Assembly (NCBI GenBank): GCA_964650295.1
Contig: CAZYSY010000095.1
Span: 74-64,073, forward strand
Reading direction: 5' to 3'
DNA from: an uncultured Caldilineales bacterium
GTDB taxonomy: Bacteria; Chloroflexota; Anaerolineae; J102
DNA: 64,000 nucleotides
In this document: positions 63,301 through 64,000 of the stretch, piece by piece
Numbering within the stretch: position 1 is the stretch's first letter
How the letters are laid out: every line of letters starts with the position of its first letter
Made by a program: the position numbers and the translations under genes
The notes under the pieces: model-generated
What the model was told of the DNA's origin: nothing
The model's input: the letters and a program-made list of their open reading frames with translations, nothing else
The model's database searches: none

Positions 63301-64000
63301 CGCTTCGTTGGCCAGGATGAGATAGAGCTAACCTATGCTGAATTGAACGCTCGCGCCAATCAACTGGGGCATCATTTGCGGGCTCTGGGCGTGCAGCCTG
63401 ACACCCCGGTGGGCATCCTGATGAATCGCTCCGCGGATATGATCGTGGCTCTGTTGGGGGTGATGAAGGCGGGCGCGGCCTACTTGCCTATCGATCCAAC
63501 CTATCCTCCAGAACGCATCCGCTACATGATCCAAGATGCGGGTGTGCAGGTGATGATTGCGGAGGCAGGAAGCGCGTTTGATGAAGTTTGGGCGCAGATC
63601 TGCCAGAATGAAATTCAAGATGTCGAACGCATCATGCTCGACCATCCAGCAATTGCAGCCCGCCCCACCACTGATCTCCCTCTTACCATTACGCCCGATA
63701 ATCTGGCCTACATCATCTACACTTCGGGCTCCACCGGTCGGCCCAAGGGCGTGATGTTGCATCATCGCGGGTTGACCAATCTGGTGTGGGCCCAGACGCG
63801 TGGGTTTGGGGTGGATGATCACGCACGTGTGTTGCAATTCGCGTCTTTTAGCTTCGATGCTTCGGTTTCCGAAATTTTCATGGCCTTGTATCCTGGGGGC
63901 GTTTTGGTGCTGAGTCCGCGCGAAACATTGCTTTCTCCTCCCGATCTGCTGAACTTGTTGCGCCAGCAGCGCATTACTGTGGTGACTCTGCCCCCCTCAT
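54328..64000 (+). CDS. NRPS, 3'-truncated by the window: C-A-PCP (M14), C-A(Asn)-PCP-ST (M15), C-A... (M16)
   Basis: Absent from the ORF track because it has no stop before 64000. I translated frame 1 directly over roughly 54328-54840, 56221-56700, 57961-58035, 59521-59940, 60901-61785 and 63841-64000 with no stops. No other frame-1 ORF is listed after 54300. Starts '[39 protein letters not shown]'. Motifs: C 'HHIISDGWS', 'HHIISDEWS', 'HHIISDGWS'; A '[15 protein letters not shown]', '[15 protein letters not shown]', '[15 protein letters not shown]'; ST '[15 protein letters not shown]'. Confidence 0.9.
   Translation, partial: [3224 protein letters not shown]
55777..57285 (+). other. Adenylation domain, M14; code DAEDVGTIIK (unassigned, Lys/basic-like, same family as M11)
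   Basis: Anchors translated from DNA: 'INFDAAVEE', 'TFLDLPTA', 'LLVVGGEK', '[12 protein letters not shown]', 'TGKLDR'. Confidence 0.8.
58993..60500 (+). other. Adenylation domain, M15; code DLTKIGEVGK (Asn)
   Basis: Anchors translated from DNA: 'ISFDLTVTS', 'SLVKLTPA', 'AFIIGGEA', '[12 protein letters not shown]', 'NGKVDR'. 9 of 10 match the canonical Asn code DLTKLGEVGK, with a conservative L/I change. Confidence 0.85.
60556..60756 (+). other. PCP domain, M15, ST-associated subtype
   Basis: '[26 protein letters not shown]'. Confidence 0.8.
60931..61785 (+). other. Sulfotransferase domain ST2 (CurM/Ols ST-like), in-line between PCP(M15) and C(M16)
   Basis: Translated codon by codon: '[34 protein letters not shown]', 'LVDKTPVY', '[16 protein letters not shown]', '[10 protein letters not shown]', '[10 protein letters not shown]', '[12 protein letters not shown]'. 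Co-linear with ST1 over its whole length. Confidence 0.85.
63247..64000 (+). other. Adenylation domain, M16 (partial); code begins D-A-S-T (Tyr-like), remainder outside the window
   Basis: '[15 protein letters not shown]', 'FSFDASVSE', 'TVVTLPPS'. Only positions 235, 236, 239 and 278 are visible. Confidence 0.7.

Noticed and set aside
1-64000. Scan for tRNA/rRNA genes, CRISPR arrays, transposases/IS ends, integrases and toxin-antitoxin pairs
   Set aside because: Apart from five gaps of 11-114 nt and two longer gaps of 576 and 205-289 nt, the + strand is occupied by the nine assembly-line ORFs. I saw no direct-repeat arrays, cloverleaf-like sequences or transposase motifs in the gaps or in the listed ORFs.

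Overview
The whole 64-kb window is one co-directional (+ strand), almost gap-free hybrid assembly line: a fatty acyl-AMP ligase, type I PKS modules and NRPS modules. It comprises 9 ORFs. The last ORF (from 54328) is missing from the ORF track because it runs off the 3' end. I read its frame directly over roughly 54328-54840, 56221-56700, 57961-58035, 59521-59940, 60901-61785 and 63841-64000; the rest rests on the absence of any competing long ORF.

Domain order, from catalytic motifs:
- Loading: FAAL (207-1982), then a loading ACP.
- M1: KS-AT-DH-ER-KR-ACP (ORF 2064-8843).
- M2: KS-AT-ACP with no reductive domains, fused to M3: C-A-PCP (8958-15512).
- M4: KS-AT-KR-CP, fused to M5: C-A-PCP (16089-23975).
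- M6: C-A-PCP-ST, then M7: C-A-PCP-E (23987-33097).
- M8: DCL-type C-A-PCP, then M9: C-A(Phe)-PCP (33128-39565).
- M10: C-A(Thr)-PCP, then M11: C-A-PCP-E (39855-47774).
- M12: DCL-type C-A-PCP, then M13: C-A(Phe)-PCP (47884-54300).
- M14: C-A-PCP, M15: C-A(Asn)-PCP-ST, and M16: C-A, truncated at the window end (54328->64000).

No TE or other release domain, MbtH, PPTase, transporter, regulator or PAPS-supply gene is visible, so the cluster continues beyond the window.

The most unusual feature is two CurM/Ols-type sulfotransferase (ST) domains placed in-line between a PCP and the next condensation domain. They sit in two different NRPS elongation modules (about 27431-28303 and 60931-61785). 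Each is attached to a distinctive PCP subtype.

Other notable points:
- An NRPS->PKS(KS-AT-KR)->NRPS junction predicts a statine-type gamma-amino-beta-hydroxy residue.
- A non-reducing PKS module feeds a C domain with a variant HHxxxDL motif.
- Six A domains share an unassigned specificity-code family with Glu at position 239.
- Two near-identical COM-type docking pairs occur in the same line.
- There are two charge-complementary basic-tail/acidic-head junctions.
- Two atypical intergenic regions (15513-16088 and 39566-39854) carry promoter-like hexamers and paired palindromes.

I found no tRNA, rRNA, CRISPR array or transposase. Domain coordinates are approximate (about +/-30 nt). Substrate calls come from hand-extracted Stachelhaus codes compared with codes recalled from memory.
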